From contig NC_042997.1 of the NCBI RefSeq assembly GCF_006345805.1, forward strand, positions 46,066,001-46,130,000: a stretch of 64,000 nucleotides of DNA, written 5' to 3'. This document shows, in pieces, positions 25,990 through 39,103 of the stretch; position 1 is the first letter of the stretch; every line of letters begins with the position of its first letter. A model generated the notes under the pieces. That model made no database searches. It was not told the origin of the DNA and saw nothing but the letters and a program-made list of their open reading frames with translations. The stretch is from Octopus sinensis (lineage: Eukaryota). Both the position numbers and the translations under genes were made by a program.

Positions 25990-27480
25990 TGGCCAACAGG
26001 AGCTGGTGTCATCTATTATCCAACTACCATCAGGTGTTTCGGTACTGAACCATAACACCCTCCCGTAGGTGGGTCAGGAGAGGTGGCCAAATCACTGTTC
26101 CTCATCTCCGCCTGGTTTTCAGCTTAATAACGAACAATCTTCATAACCAACAAGTGGTTATTCAGGTGCCTCTATCATCTTGCACACAGTTACACTGTAC
26201 TCCCTTTTCTCTCATTCAAATGGCGGAATCCCTGTCCAATCCAGATGAATTCGACAGAGAATCCTCTACAGCCAATCTCGCCTGAAAAACCATAACTGCC
26301 ATCTCTTCTTGCAATGATGTAGAAGTTTCTTGTACTCAGCACGCTTCAATTCGTGGGATTGATAACACCCTCTTTCCCACGGGACTGTAAACTCAATCAA
26401 AATCATTTGCCTGGTCTTTTCAGACCAAAGAACCACATCTGGCCTCAGGGTTGTATGGACGTCCTGGGGACACTGCAGTCTCTCCTCCAAGTTCACTTTC
26501 ATATCCCATGATTGGAATCCAAGTAGTAAGCTATATGTCATTTTTGCTATCCTTACTGGCCTCTTTCCTTATTTCATGAGTGTAATTGCTGCTGTTGTTT
26601 TCCCCAGATGTTTCTTGATATTTTCTTGCTTAAGGGTGTGGGCGAGTGTTGCAAGCACCCTATCATGGCGCCACTTGTGCCAGAAGTGATATTCTGAAAC
26701 CTGACAAGATGTGTGTCAGCGTGCCTCTTTCTCCACAAATTCTCCACAACTGGTCTTCCCTCAAAACTTATCTGTGCAGGTTAGTTGGTGTTGAGATTGT
26801 ATCATACACTGCCGGCAGCAGGAAGGAGATTCAGAAAGATTCCAGTCTCCACAAATCTGTCCATGTGACCTTCCTCTTAGGAAGGTCCCATTTTGTCCAT
26901 GCAGCCCGAGATACCAACCTCACAACTCATGACCTTTCTTCCTCTGGTTCCGTACGTCTTCCTGGATCATGTCTCTCTTTTTTATGTTCACCATCTTCCG
27001 TTGTTGTAAATGGGAAGAACCTCGACACTGCCAAACTCTGCATATAATTCTAATGATGCTGCGTGGCTCCGGCATACATTCAGCTTGTGCGACTGTGGTG
27101 CAAGCAACCCACATTCGTACGGACCTTATTGTAATAGCTGCATGTCGAACAAGCTTATCCTGCGAGTCCCTGTACATCGTTATATTTTGTGACTTTGAAC
27201 TCTTCCACTACGGATGACAGAGGGAGTTGTAGCTATCCAGATCTTCTGTACAGGCCTATTGAAGTGACGCTCGAGTGGACACCTAACCACCTACGAAAGC
27301 ATTTGTTTACCTTCCTCTCCACCTTTTTCCTGCTTGTCAATGGAATCTTATCTGTTGTCAATAAACATATGAGTCATGGAAGTAATCGTTGTTGGTAGAG
27401 CCATTCCCTGTATTTTCTTGGAAGCCCTGATCTTTCAATCCTTCTCAGTCACTCCTCTGCTTGATTTCAGTATTAGTAAC
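25990..27480 (-). mobile_element. Decayed 5'-truncated HERO-like non-LTR retrotransposon (zinc knuckle plus restriction-like endonuclease)
   Basis: WLRRIERSGLPRKYREWLYQQRLLP; WTKWDLPKRKVTWTDLWRLE..ISFLL.AVYDTISTPTNLHR; RICGERGTLTHILSG; HKWRHDRVL (26653-26679); LRPDVVLWSEKTRQMILIEFTVPWE (ORF 26266-26541). Confidence 0.85.
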
Positions 27481-29814
27481 ATTCCTTTTTTTCGAGAGTA
27501 AATATATATACGTTAGCAACGTTAGCAACACAAGCTAAGGAAACACACGTCAGTTTTATAGTATTGAACCATTTGTATTTGTACTAACACAAAGTTATAG
27601 CTAGCTGATCCAAGATGTCGAGAATTAGTCTTTAATCAATCTAGCTTTTATTCAGACTTCATTATTTTATGTGCCTCTTCTGGTTATGATACTTCAGTGT
27701 GATTTAGGGTTATCTGGCTGATATTTCTGACACATCAGGCAGCCAGAGAGAAGAACCCGTTGGCTCCTATTTTCTACTGATACATAACATTGATAGCAAC
27801 ACATTGCAAGCCATCGCCCTCTTGACTCGATCATGAGCACTCTGAAAATACTATATTATTGCTGTTGATTTTATCTGACAACACGCGATGCTAGTCTAAG
27901 TCTTCTTGTAGGTATGTGAATTATAATGTTTTTTCATCTATTTAATAGGTAGAATCCCCATTACCTTCTATGCAATATAAATCATCTAAATTATTTTTCA
28001 GTTGAAATATCGTCAGTGAAATATTAGACGCTATTATCGTGTAGAGCATAACCGAGTCTGCTGATAACTGGTCTTGTAGCTTCATATTAACTAAAATTTT
28101 GTTTCTGTCAGTTTGAAGAGACGTGTTTTATAACGAACGCTGCTTTGTAGTTTATAATCCAAGTATTTCCTAGTTATTTCAACATACATTTTTGAATTTG
28201 TTTTTGTAAGAATTTTTTTACTTGAAAATGTTACTTAACAATAAAACTAAAACTGGCGTGGGCTACAACTACTGTGTTTGTTTATTGGTAGTATGACCCT
28301 ACCAATGTACAGCAAAATATATTATTTCAATTTTGTAACTTCGTTGGGTTTAGCAGAGTGTAATCCGCTGCTACCAATTGGGCGAAGCCATTTGCTTGAG
28401 AATAACTTCCTCCTCCCTCCAACCAGTCTCCGAAGCGCTTTAAAGATTACAGGCATTCCTTTCCTCCTGACTAGAATTTTAAAATAATTCACTAAGACTA
28501 TTCTATATTCTACGGTAGCGAAGACGTCTCATAAAGCATCCCTGTACTACAGACGCCTAGAATTCGAACTATGTTTGTTACAACAGACTAACTTAACACA
28601 GCTTTATTCCTTAAGGAGATATGTTCCTGGCAAGTCTAGCCTCGGTTTTATTGTTGGTTCGAAAAAAATCATAGTTTAAAACAGTGATTAGCATTATAAT
28701 CTATGTCCCTTTGCAAATTACACTAATCAGGTTTATTAAACAAGTGCTCTTTTTCTTATCTTCCACTCATTTCATCTCTAATTTCATTTTGAATTTTCAT
28801 TCTCTATTTCAGAAATTAACTTTGTTTCATTCTTCCAATATATATTTTCGGTTTATATTTTCTTATAATTCTTAATTTTTCTCTATTTTTCGATGTTTTT
28901 TCGGAGAGAAGATATTAGTACCCCATAATCACTTCTCTTTTTAACCAATATAAATCCAAAAGACATTTTGGTTGTCGTTCCCTTACCCAGAAATAGTTTC
29001 GAAAGTGACATGCTTTTGTAGAACAAGACGTGACAGTTTGAGATAAACGGGATGAGAAAGGCATCAACGTCTCGACGATAACCTTCACCTCCTGCTCTTT
29101 TCTGAAATATCGATTCTTTAGCCTTAAATCTAGCCAAAAGCAACCGATATATGTTATACGTGCCGTAAGACTTGAATTAAATCCTTAGGCATCACTTACC
29201 AGGTTCAGATAAATAATCTTTTCTCACTGACAATAAGTTTCCTTTCCATTTATCCACGGTTGACATAAAATAAGGACCAAAAATCTATCAAATCCCTTCA
29301 GCCATGTTATGTCCCTATTAAAAAAAGTATTTTCACCCGGGCAAAATTAGATAACTACATTACCTTTGCGAGGGGAATCGGTAGAGAAACTAAGAAAATG
29401 TCTTGCCGTGTTCAGTTGTAAACATCTACATTTTTATTTCGGTATTATCGAATGATCTCATCTCCAAAGTCGATGACTTTGTACCTTACATTTAATTATA
29501 TCCCTTTAAATTGATCCTACCGAGGTCGATTTTTACCCTTTGTCCTTTATGATACTTGGAGTAGACAAAATACGAGGGTAGATTTAATAGAGTTTTTCCT
29601 TTCCACGAGTATTATAGTCTGATGTGTGGAGAGTAAACAACGAGTTTTCGTCAACCGACGTAATTTAACTGGTATGTACTATGAATGCTCAGTTTCGTTT
29701 ACCACTAATACTGCAGCTTGAACTGCAACTGAAAACTGTGGTGCTGAGATTGCTTATCGAAGGCGGCGAGAAATGGTTTCTCCGATATCTTTCTTTCTTT
29801 CTTTCTTTCTTTTC

Positions 29815-30198
29815 TTTTACTTGTTTCAGTCGTGTGACAGTGGCCACGCTAGAGCACCGCCTTTAATCGAGCAAATCGACCCCATGAATTATTCTTTGTA
29901 AGCCTGGTACTTATTCTATCGGTCTATTTTGCCGAACCGCTAAGTTACGGGGACTTAAACACACCAGCATCGGTTGTCAAGCGATGTTGGGGAGACAAAC
30001 ACACACACACACATATATATATATATACATATATATGACGGGCTTCTTTCAGTTTCCGTCTACTAAATCCACTCACAAGGTTTTGGTCGGCCCGAGCCTA
30101 TAGTAGAAGACACTTGCCCAAGTTGCCACGCAGTGGTACCGAACCTGGAACCATGTGGCTCGTAAGCAAGCTTTTTACTACACAGTCACTCCTACGCC
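29815..30198 (-). mobile_element. SINE family A, full length
   Basis: Colinear reverse complement of 61850-62256, including the central CA/TA microsatellite. Confidence 0.95.
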
Positions 30199-30509
30199 GG
30201 TACTTTATTCTTTCTTTCTTTTTTTATATTAATTGCCCTTTTATTTCGACATCTGTTTTTTCAGACTGGAAAGATTAGAACGTCGGTCAAAATACCAACT
30301 TTTTACATTCTGACACGTGAAGGTCAACTTTGTTTCTGTGCTCGATAAAAAAAGGTATCATTCAAATAGTGGAGTCTAGTTAATCGACTGTTCCCTCTTT
30401 TCCCCCAAAATTTAGGCCTTATACCTGTGTAAGAAATCATTACTTCATTTTTGAAATTAATGTTTTTATAGATCTCTTTCCAACTCCTCCCGTCTTGTAT
30501 TTAATTTAT

Positions 30510-30668
30510 ATTTATTTATTTCCCAACGGGGGAGGGGGTAAACACAGGGGGTGGGAGGACAAACATGGACAGACAAAGGGATGAAGTCGATTACATTGAC
30601 CCCCAGTTCGTAAGGATGATAGGCAATGTCGAATTTGAACTCAGAATGTAACGGCAGACGAAATTCCT
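30510..30668 (-). mobile_element. Rearranged partial SINE family B copy in tandem with 30669-30885
   Basis: GAATTTGAACTCAGAATGTAACGGCAGACGAAATTCC occurs at about 30631 and again at about 30801. Confidence 0.75.
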
Positions 30669-30885
30669 ATTTCTTCATTACCCTCAGAGAGGACAAACAA
30701 GTACAGACAAACGGATCAAGTCGATTATATCGATCTCAGTGCGTAACTGGTACTTATTTAATCGACCCCGAAAGGATGAAAGGCAAAGTCGACCTCGGCG
30801 GAATTTGAACTCAGAATGTAACGGCAGACGAAATTCCGCTAAGCATTTCACCCGGCTTGCTAACGATTCCGCCAGCTCGCCGCCC
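30669..30885 (-). mobile_element. SINE family B, near full length
   Basis: Reverse complement of the 56487-56717 body. Confidence 0.95.
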
Positions 30886-31660
30886 TTTTTGTTTCGTTTA
30901 TTATTGCTCAACCCTATTCTTATTTTACTTCCTCTTTCTTCATATTTTCATATGTTTTATTCTTTAGACTTATTATTCTATTCTTCCTTCGATTTCATTT
31001 TTCCATCATTTTTCGTTTCTTCTCTTTCTTCTTTCTTTCGTCCATCTGCGTCTTCCTTTTCTTCTTTAATTTCACCACTTTCTCTTCAATACTACCATCA
31101 CTCTCCTCTTCTGTCTATTTTCCTCAACCTTCACCTTTCCTCTCCTCCTTCCACCTCTTCCTCTACAAATACTGCTGCTGTATCCATTTTAAAGCTAGCA
31201 ACCGTTTATCATGGATTGTCGGTCTTTCGCTATTGAGTTTGACAATAACAATACGATCTGCTTATTTTTAAGGCCTTCTGAAGAAGGAATTTAATGGATA
31301 ATCATTTTAGCAATCACTAAGCTCTTTTATCAACAAATAGCTTCGAGCAAATCTTTTTAGATTCCTAACCATTGGCTAAGTAAATTACACTACTTGACAT
31401 TATTTGCAGCAAACTGATTTCCATAGATTTGATATGAGGCCAATAATATCTGCGAGCTGGCGGGTATAATAGAATGGAACTACTGTCCAATATCTTACTG
31501 ATACATATTTATTGATCTGGAAGGAATAAAGGTCACAAGTGGATTAGAACTCAAAACCTCTACATTAGTAATGATTTCTCTTGACGAGGCAGAATGCCAA
31601 TGTGACAGAGTAGAATGTATAGTCAATCGACGTGGCTATACAAACAGATATATACCCTAG

Positions 31661-31719
<59 letters not shown>

Positions 31720-33767
31720 CGTGTGTGTGTGTGCGTGTGTGTGTGTGTGTGTGTATGTGAGTGTATGTGAATATATTATGATTATGTATTATATTACAGT
31801 ACCATTATATACTCTATGTATGTAGATTATAACATTTAATTATGGTAGCTACTTTATGGTCTCTATTATGTTACAAGAATATATTTTATTGATCTGGAAG
31901 TCATGCAAATTAATGTTAACTCCAAGTAGTAGCAACACTAAGGAATTAATGAGAATTTCATTGGCTTGCAGTTCAAATTATATATTACTCTCGAAGGGAA
32001 TATTCACCTGTGATAGACTGGTTATCGTATCCGAAGAGAGATTTATTTCGAATACAATTTACACGAAGTAAACCGAAGTTATGTTTCGAGCCTTTTTGAT
32101 ACTTAAGATAGTGAATAATTAGCTTTTAGTGTAGCTTTGTATAATCTCATCTGTAATCACTGTGTATAGCTGTATGGAAGTCGGGAGAATTTCAAATACT
32201 TGGTAGTAATTATGTACGAACTAAAGAGAGATTCTGGCTTATCACTCTGTAAAATCAAGGTTTTACATATATTTACAATATTGTGATCGGACTAGTGTTG
32301 AACACGCTGAAGCCTTGTATGAGGTGAAAAACTAACAATTAGATGCCATATATTTAGGATCGACATACTTTTTTTGAGTGCTTAGTAAAATCGATAGGAT
32401 ACCTTGAAGGTTTGCCATGTGAAAATTCGGTGATGTGAATTTGTCACCAACACGAATTTGTGTCCAGCCAAGGCAATTAATCCATATTGTCACAAGGTCA
32501 CTGAGCTCCATATAGCTACCATAGATTGTATATTGCGCAGGGCATTTGCAGTTAGTTTGTAGCTCGAAGTTTAACTTATGATGAGTTAAGAGCATAGCTG
32601 CAAATATGGCAGGCCCTGATACATTTCCTTACACCACATAAAACTAAAGAAAATGATGTCTTCGTTGGCGTCCTTACCATGAAATAATTTGCTTATTTTT
32701 CTTGACTAAAATTACCTTGCTCCAATACTTTCTCCTTAGCATAACCTAAGCACTGTCAAAACAAAGGACACACATATTCCTTCATTGTTGACTGGAAATA
32801 GAAAAGTAAGTGGAATAAGGAATATATCGATCATCAGTTAAGAGATTTATTCATTGGATATTTCGTTTTGATATTTTTTGTTCTACCAATGTAAAGAAAG
32901 TTCTCGTATTATAGAACAACAATTATAAGCTGAAAACGTTCAATATTTATCAACCATATTAACAGAATTTCTGAAGTTAAATTACTTCAGTGTAGAGTCA
33001 AAACTACACCGTGGAGTTGACACATCAAAATCTTAACCAATGCTAACGTTGCTTGCTTTAAAAATAACAAGTGGATTTTCCCTGTTCTTCTGCTAAAAAC
33101 ATGATTTTGTATCTTACTACTAAATTATATATTGGGCTCTCGTCGACTATATTTTGAAGAAGGGTAATTCAATATAGAGAAAAACCTGTTGGTCTGGACA
33201 ACCAAGCAGTGATTAAATTGAGTCTTGACACGCAATAACCAACGAAATGATTAGCGAATAAATTGAATGATTTTATTAAATAATGATGTGTCTTCAATGA
33301 CATACTGTCATTTTTTGAATATTTTATATATCACAACTTTAGTTAAAATTCTTCACTGACTTTGAAGAATATTAACGTAATACTAATTTAAAAGCCAAAC
33401 GGAAGGCCTATAAAATTGTCTATCTGTAATATAACATCGCATAATATAATATAGTATGATATAATATAATATATTTTCTAATGTGATATATTATAGCGTG
33501 GCGGGAGATGGTGTGACATGAAGTGACACGGTATGACATACACATGAAAGAACATGTGTATGTGTCATAGTCAGCACGTTACTGAAAGCTGATGGTTAAT
33601 ACACTCGCCCAGTAAATAGTCAAGAGAAGTAAGGTTCGTTTCCTATTAGTGGCTTTGCCGTTATCTTGTTTGGTTGTAAATTTTTGCTTTCAAATATGCA
33701 CTACTCAATACGTGTAAGTGGAGGATTTCCGAGGACAAAACAACTAGAATGTTCCAATCCGCTAAGG

Positions 33768-33839
<72 letters not shown>

Positions 33840-33922
33840 ATAATATAGTATAGACAGATAGACAGGTACATAATAAGACGCATCAAATAATCTCTCTGTG
33901 TATGTATGTATGTATGTATGTA

Positions 33923-33953
<31 letters not shown>

Positions 33954-34060
33954 GTATGTATTGGTAAAAACGGTAAGATAACAAAAGAAAGAAAGAGACC
34001 TCAATATTATGTAAATAGAGGATTTTATCTTGAAAAATAATATGTGACAATTATTCGGTA

Positions 34061-34129
34061 GCCAAGATAAAACTCTGAGGTTCAGATGCCGAGGTGGAAA
34101 TCCACACCAATAAGCTTCGGTTATCTGGC
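34061..34129 (-). ncRNA. Degenerate type I hammerhead motif
   Basis: GCCAGATAA-CCGAAGC-...GTGGATTTCCAC...-GAACC TCAGA GTT^TTATCTTGGC. Long stem I is retained; the core is mutated. Confidence 0.45.
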
Positions 34130-35737
34130 CATCTGAAAAACGCTATGAAAAAAGACCGTTATACAAAGGGAAATTACTTATACAAAAGCGCTAATTCGAA
34201 TGACCGCTAATTAAGATAAGGTTAAAACACGTAAGCGTGCCTGTTCATACGTATATGTATATATATGTATGTATATGTGTGTGTATATGTGTGTAGATAT
34301 GTATATACACATATGTAACTAGTCATGTCTTATTTAACACAATTTCGAAAAGATATTACAACATTCGAACTGTAATATTGACAAATTCCTCCAAGCAATA
34401 CTAGAAGACCCACTGGCACCAGCATGCATCTCGGCAAACAGTCCACTACTTGAGGGTGCTATGATGTCTTAAAATATGACTTAAACGACGACTGCAGGTG
34501 ATACTATTAGGTTTGCCATGGCCTAGAACAATGATGCCAATCCTACGTTATCTAATTTTTAACTGTAATGTGTCTACGACTAAAAATGTTCATTATTCTA
34601 TCACCTATCATTTTAAAGAAAGGCTTAAAGACCAAAACACAAGATTTACTTCCGTTTCTTGAAAAATGTAGTCATCAAGATTATGGGAGATATAATTATT
34701 TCATTGTTAGAATTAGGTACGAAAATGTACAGTAGAAGTAACAATGTCAGTCTTCAAAATTTTGAAGAATATTGCTATTAACTACAATTACCATTGCATC
34801 TTCTCTCAATAAATTTAATAAGGATATTTTCTATTTTATTATCTTTTTTTATTTCAGTTTATGAAATATTATAAAACAAGTAAATAAATAAGCCAATGAT
34901 TCAAAAGTGGTTATTTCCGATCATAATTTAATTGTTTGGTTATAATTTCATTTTGACTTCATTTAAAAATTTTTTCTTTAACTTCAAATTATATTTTGAC
35001 AATGATAAACGCCATGAAATTTTCAAGTAATAAAAATATTAAAAAATACACAAATAAAATAGAAAGTTATTGCTGTAATTCCAATGGAAGAAATTTTTTC
35101 GACAGAAATTTCTTTTGTCTGTTTCTCCAAAATTAAAGTTAGTGTTACTAATACATGGAGCTGCGCTGCAGAAACTCTACTACATCACGCATTTATGCTG
35201 TACGTTCTGGGTTCAAATATTATTTCAATATTATATATAATATATTATTATTGAATTACTATCGAAATATATTTCTTAGTCACATTTTGTGAACAGTAGA
35301 GTAATTGGTGAATGATTTCTAACGGGATAACTGCATGCTCGCAATGCTTAAATTGGTTAGAGTGACAACGAATGCAACAGAACACCTTGGACAGAACAAA
35401 CAACACAGAAGTTAGTATTTTTTGAAAACTGAGGTTTATAGGTTTTCATGTTGATGTCTACATTTTCCGCTTATAGATATACACGAAATATAACACATCA
35501 CACGTTTATGCACAGTTTCAGTGTCTCAAAATCCCCACAGAAGGATTTAATCAACTGGAGGTTATAGCAGAAATCACAGGGTCTATCTAACAGAACTTCA
35601 GGTCATATCAAATGCCTCCTTTACTCTCTCAGAGTCATAAGAGCCAAAGTGATCATGTTTAGTCCCTAGAGGACATTCTGGTATCGGTAGACTTATCTTT
35701 TGTTTTTAGGCTTAATTTACTCCATATGACATCATCA

Positions 35738-35880
35738 TCAATATCTATAAAGCTGAAATGCGAAAAAGTTGTTTGATTTCTCTGTTATATGTCTCATTTG
35801 GGAATGGGAACGGTTTAAGCGGCGGTAGATGGGGTCGGATTGGCGCCAAAATTTACAGGGACATGTAAAAAGAGGCGAGG
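35738..35880 (+). mobile_element. Helitron-like non-autonomous element, 5' part (direct repeat of 36354-36470)
   Basis: A|TCAATATCTATAAAGCTGAAATG start; colinear with the second copy. Confidence 0.55.
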
Positions 35881-36353
35881 AAGCGACTGTACTAGGTTAG
35901 AAACCCCTACTTTAAAAGTTGTAGTTACTAGGGTAACAAAACCCAGACTTTGACAAGTGTTTGTCGTTTCTCTCTTTCGGATATTACCCTATCTTCCTCG
36001 ATCTCTCTCTTTCCTTCCTTCCCTCTACGTTCACTCTATAACGAGGTTTGACACCTTCCACTCTCATTCCCTCTCCGCCTTCGCCGTCTCTTTGTCACTC
36101 TTTCTCCCATCACGTCTCTCACTGTACGTCTGTCTGTATCTATTTTGAAAGCGTTGACAGTCGCAAAAGTTTAAATATTCCCGTCACAGGTCTTTTAGAA
36201 CGGTGAATTATTATCACCCACCACCACCGCACAATTATAACAGATATTATTAATCAGATATATTGTGTTAATTTAAATATATGTGTGTGTGTATATATAA
36301 ATATATATATAATGTATATACATATATATATATATGTATCTGTATATATATAA

Positions 36354-36576
36354 TCAATATCTATAAAGCTGAAATGTGAAAAAGTTGTTTGATTTCTTAG
36401 TTGTCTCATTTTGGGATGGGAACGGTTTAAGTGGCGGTAGATGGGGTCGGATTGGCGCCAAAATTTACACTGGGGGTAAAATGGGGTGGGCAATGGTGTG
36501 ATGAGGGTTGCAAGTCGCTCGGGGCTACCGTTTGGTTGCCATCACCACCAAAACCCGAGCGAATATATATAGCTAG
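36354..36576 (+). mobile_element. Helitron-like non-autonomous element
   Basis: 5' TC start after A; 3' CCCGAGCGAA (partial hairpin, also inverse to TCGCTCGGG upstream) followed by CTAG. Confidence 0.6.
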
Positions 36577-37584
36577 CATATATATATATTTTCCTTTATT
36601 TTTGTCGGTAACGTTAGACTCATGCGTGGTTTGACAGCTATACCCAGTTGGTCCAGTGAAGCGTATAGTCTCTTGTTGGCCGTGAGAGAAAAAAAGTTGT
36701 TTAGCTCCAGGCCAGCCCTAATCGAATAGAACTATGATAAAAGACTTTACAACCGTAACCATCCCGTATTTTATAAATCTAGAATTACACTGTCCTTTGT
36801 GTTCTTCCTGGTTTATAACAGCACTATAATTTGATAAAAGGTCTTGTTGAACTAGAGTGATTAAAACAAATTCTCTGATCATTTTTTTTTCAGATTCTCA
36901 AGTATTTCTGTCAGAGTTGAGTATAGTTAATCAAGTAGAATCATTATTACGTTACTACCGTTTATTTCATCGAATCTTAAAGGATAAAAGACAAAGTAAA
37001 AACAACGCCAGCATTTAAAATGAACGTCCTCGCTCTTATTTTCATTTTGTCTGCCATTCTGCTTTCTCAGTCTCTCTATCAGCTTCACTATTACTACTTT
37101 ATCCAGATTTCCTATCCTGACATCATGCGCGGCAGAGGTTATCTTTGCTTTTTGACATTCCGGACTCACTAAAACAACGTACCTATAACGTGACATGTTG
37201 ACTTAAGCTGTCACCCGGTTTAATTCACCCACATAGTTCTTGAAGAACTTTAGTGTAGTCCATTATGTTGCAAGGCTTGAGGCCATACCATAGATTTTTA
37301 GAGATACAATCAAATAAAGGTACTGCTCCCGCTATTAAAATATGGGTTCTTTTAATCGCTGCTAATTAAGGTCTGTGGTCCCTGTTCTCAGTAAATTCTT
37401 TTTACATACAATATCAACACTCATGTTCCTTTATTCCAATGAATATTCGGTCTTCGTACCAATCTGAAATTACTTCAATAATTTCATTACTGTATATTCC
37501 TAATTAAAATTTTTGCAATTGTTGAAAAAATGCATTCTAGGAATTGGTTTTAAATTGTGGGGTGGTTGTAAGTCAATTAAGTCG

Positions 37585-37690
37585 AACCCAGTGCTAAACT
37601 GGTACTTTGTTTATCAACCCTGAATGGACGAAAGCCGAGGTCGAAGTCAACACTGTTGATATTTGAACTCAGGATGTATAAAGTCGGAAG
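37585..37690 (-). mobile_element. SINE family B fragment
   Basis: CCCAGTGCTAAACTGGTACTT...CCGAGGTCGA...ATTTGAACTCAG. Confidence 0.7.
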
Positions 37691-37794
37691 TATACTACAG
37701 TCAACTGGACCAAACGATGCAGAAGCTTACAAACAAAACCCCAGCCTAGATTAGTCAACAGATCCACTCCTGTTTTATTGCAAACAACGTCAGA

Positions 37795-37903
37795 CACACA
37801 TCGCAAAAATGACATTGGCGAAACTAGTTGGAAGTTCTTCATCATCCACCATACTCACCTGATCTTGCCCCCACTGAGTACCACTTCTTCCAGAATTTGG
37901 ATA
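37795..37903 (+). mobile_element. Mariner (DD34D) transposase fragment
   Basis: LEVLHHPPYSPDLAPTEYHFFQNL from 37828, matching the YSPDLAP(S/T)D motif. Confidence 0.85.
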
Positions 37904-37904
37904 T

Positions 37905-38086
37905 GTATGTGTCTGTGTTTGCCCCACCAGTGCTTAGCAACCGATGTTGGTTTCTTTATGTTAGGTAGCAATTCGGCAAAGGGAGCCCTGTCGAATAAGG
38001 TCGATTTGTTCAATTAAACCCCACAACGCGATGCCTCAGTATGACCACTTTCCATTGATCGAAACAAGTAAAAGATAAAAGATAAG
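37905..38086 (+). mobile_element. SINE family A 3' half, diverged
   Basis: GCAACCGATGTTGG...GGTCGATTTGTTC...GAAACAAGTAAAAGATAAAAG. Confidence 0.7.
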
Positions 38087-38829
38087 TTAGGGTTAGGGTT
38101 AGGGTCAAAGATGAAATAAGAAGAAAGTTCATTATTGTTAATGAAGTTTTTCCTTTCTTTTGAAAAACTTAAACAAAATCAAGGGAGAGAATTTCATAAT
38201 TTCTATAGTTTAAAAATTAAATATAATAAGCATATTAGATATAGTATTATTACTGTTCAACTATATTGGTTGTTCAGATTATTACTACATTAAACACTAA
38301 ACGTTGCGTGATACGGTATGTTTGCGTATCAGGAATAGTTAGTATGAATATCTAACAACGTTATCAGAAATAGACTGATGATCTCTTTAAAGTATGGAGA
38401 CAGATATCTGCCTCATCATCTGACAACTTTGAAAGAAGAGTTAATAACAGCACTTACGCGTGACACTTAGAGAGAAAACATATTTCTCTCCAAGGTGTAC
38501 ATATGGCTTTAATATATAGGAATATAAAATGTGTTCGTTTAATAATTCAGTAATATAAAAGCAGTAATTCACAATAAATACACTTTTCCACGCACGCACG
38601 CACGCACACACGCACACACCCACACACCCACACACCCACACAAATAGTAGAGAGAAGGGGGATTGAGAAAATGTGAATTTTATCGTTAAATATATTATAA
38701 CTATCATAATATAGTAGACTTTATGGTGCGGTAAATTCAGATACAGCATAAATATATAATCTCAGATATTACACGTACGACACGAACTACTTAGAATTTC
38801 GAATAAAAACAGATAAATATATTTCATAC

Positions 38830-38858
38830 CATTCCACTCCCGTATTGTTGTTTCCAAT
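38830..38858 (-). other. Candidate 29-nt micro-exon
   Basis: TTTTAATTCTC(T)12CAG|ATTGGAAACAACAATACGGGAGTGGAATG|GTATGA; all three frames open. Confidence 0.3.
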
Positions 38859-39103
38859 CTGAAAAAAAAAAAAAGAGAATTAAAATATTACAGCGCTGGT
38901 GTTGTTACCACGAAGATAACGTCACTTATGAAAATTCGAATGAATAAATAAACATAGAGAGCAAGTATATAAAAAGTGACGATTTCAAAATTCGGTGGAT
39001 GCGGTGTAGAACGGTGAACAAGTTTCAGAAGAGTGAAGAAAGTGTTGCGATAGTTTTACTGAGCCTCTTATTCTCTAACATTATTATTAGACCTATTAAA
39101 ACC

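Noticed and set aside
25995-26070. CCGAAACACC...GATGA in the HERO-like 3' UTR as a ribozyme
   Set aside because: Core halves could not be placed in any hammerhead topology with pairing stems.
29571-29610. TA|CGAGGG mariner-like end
   Set aside because: Too short, with no partner end or transposase nearby.
38372-38410. CTGATGA followed by TCTCT/GGAGA hairpin
   Set aside because: No GAAA or stem III follows.
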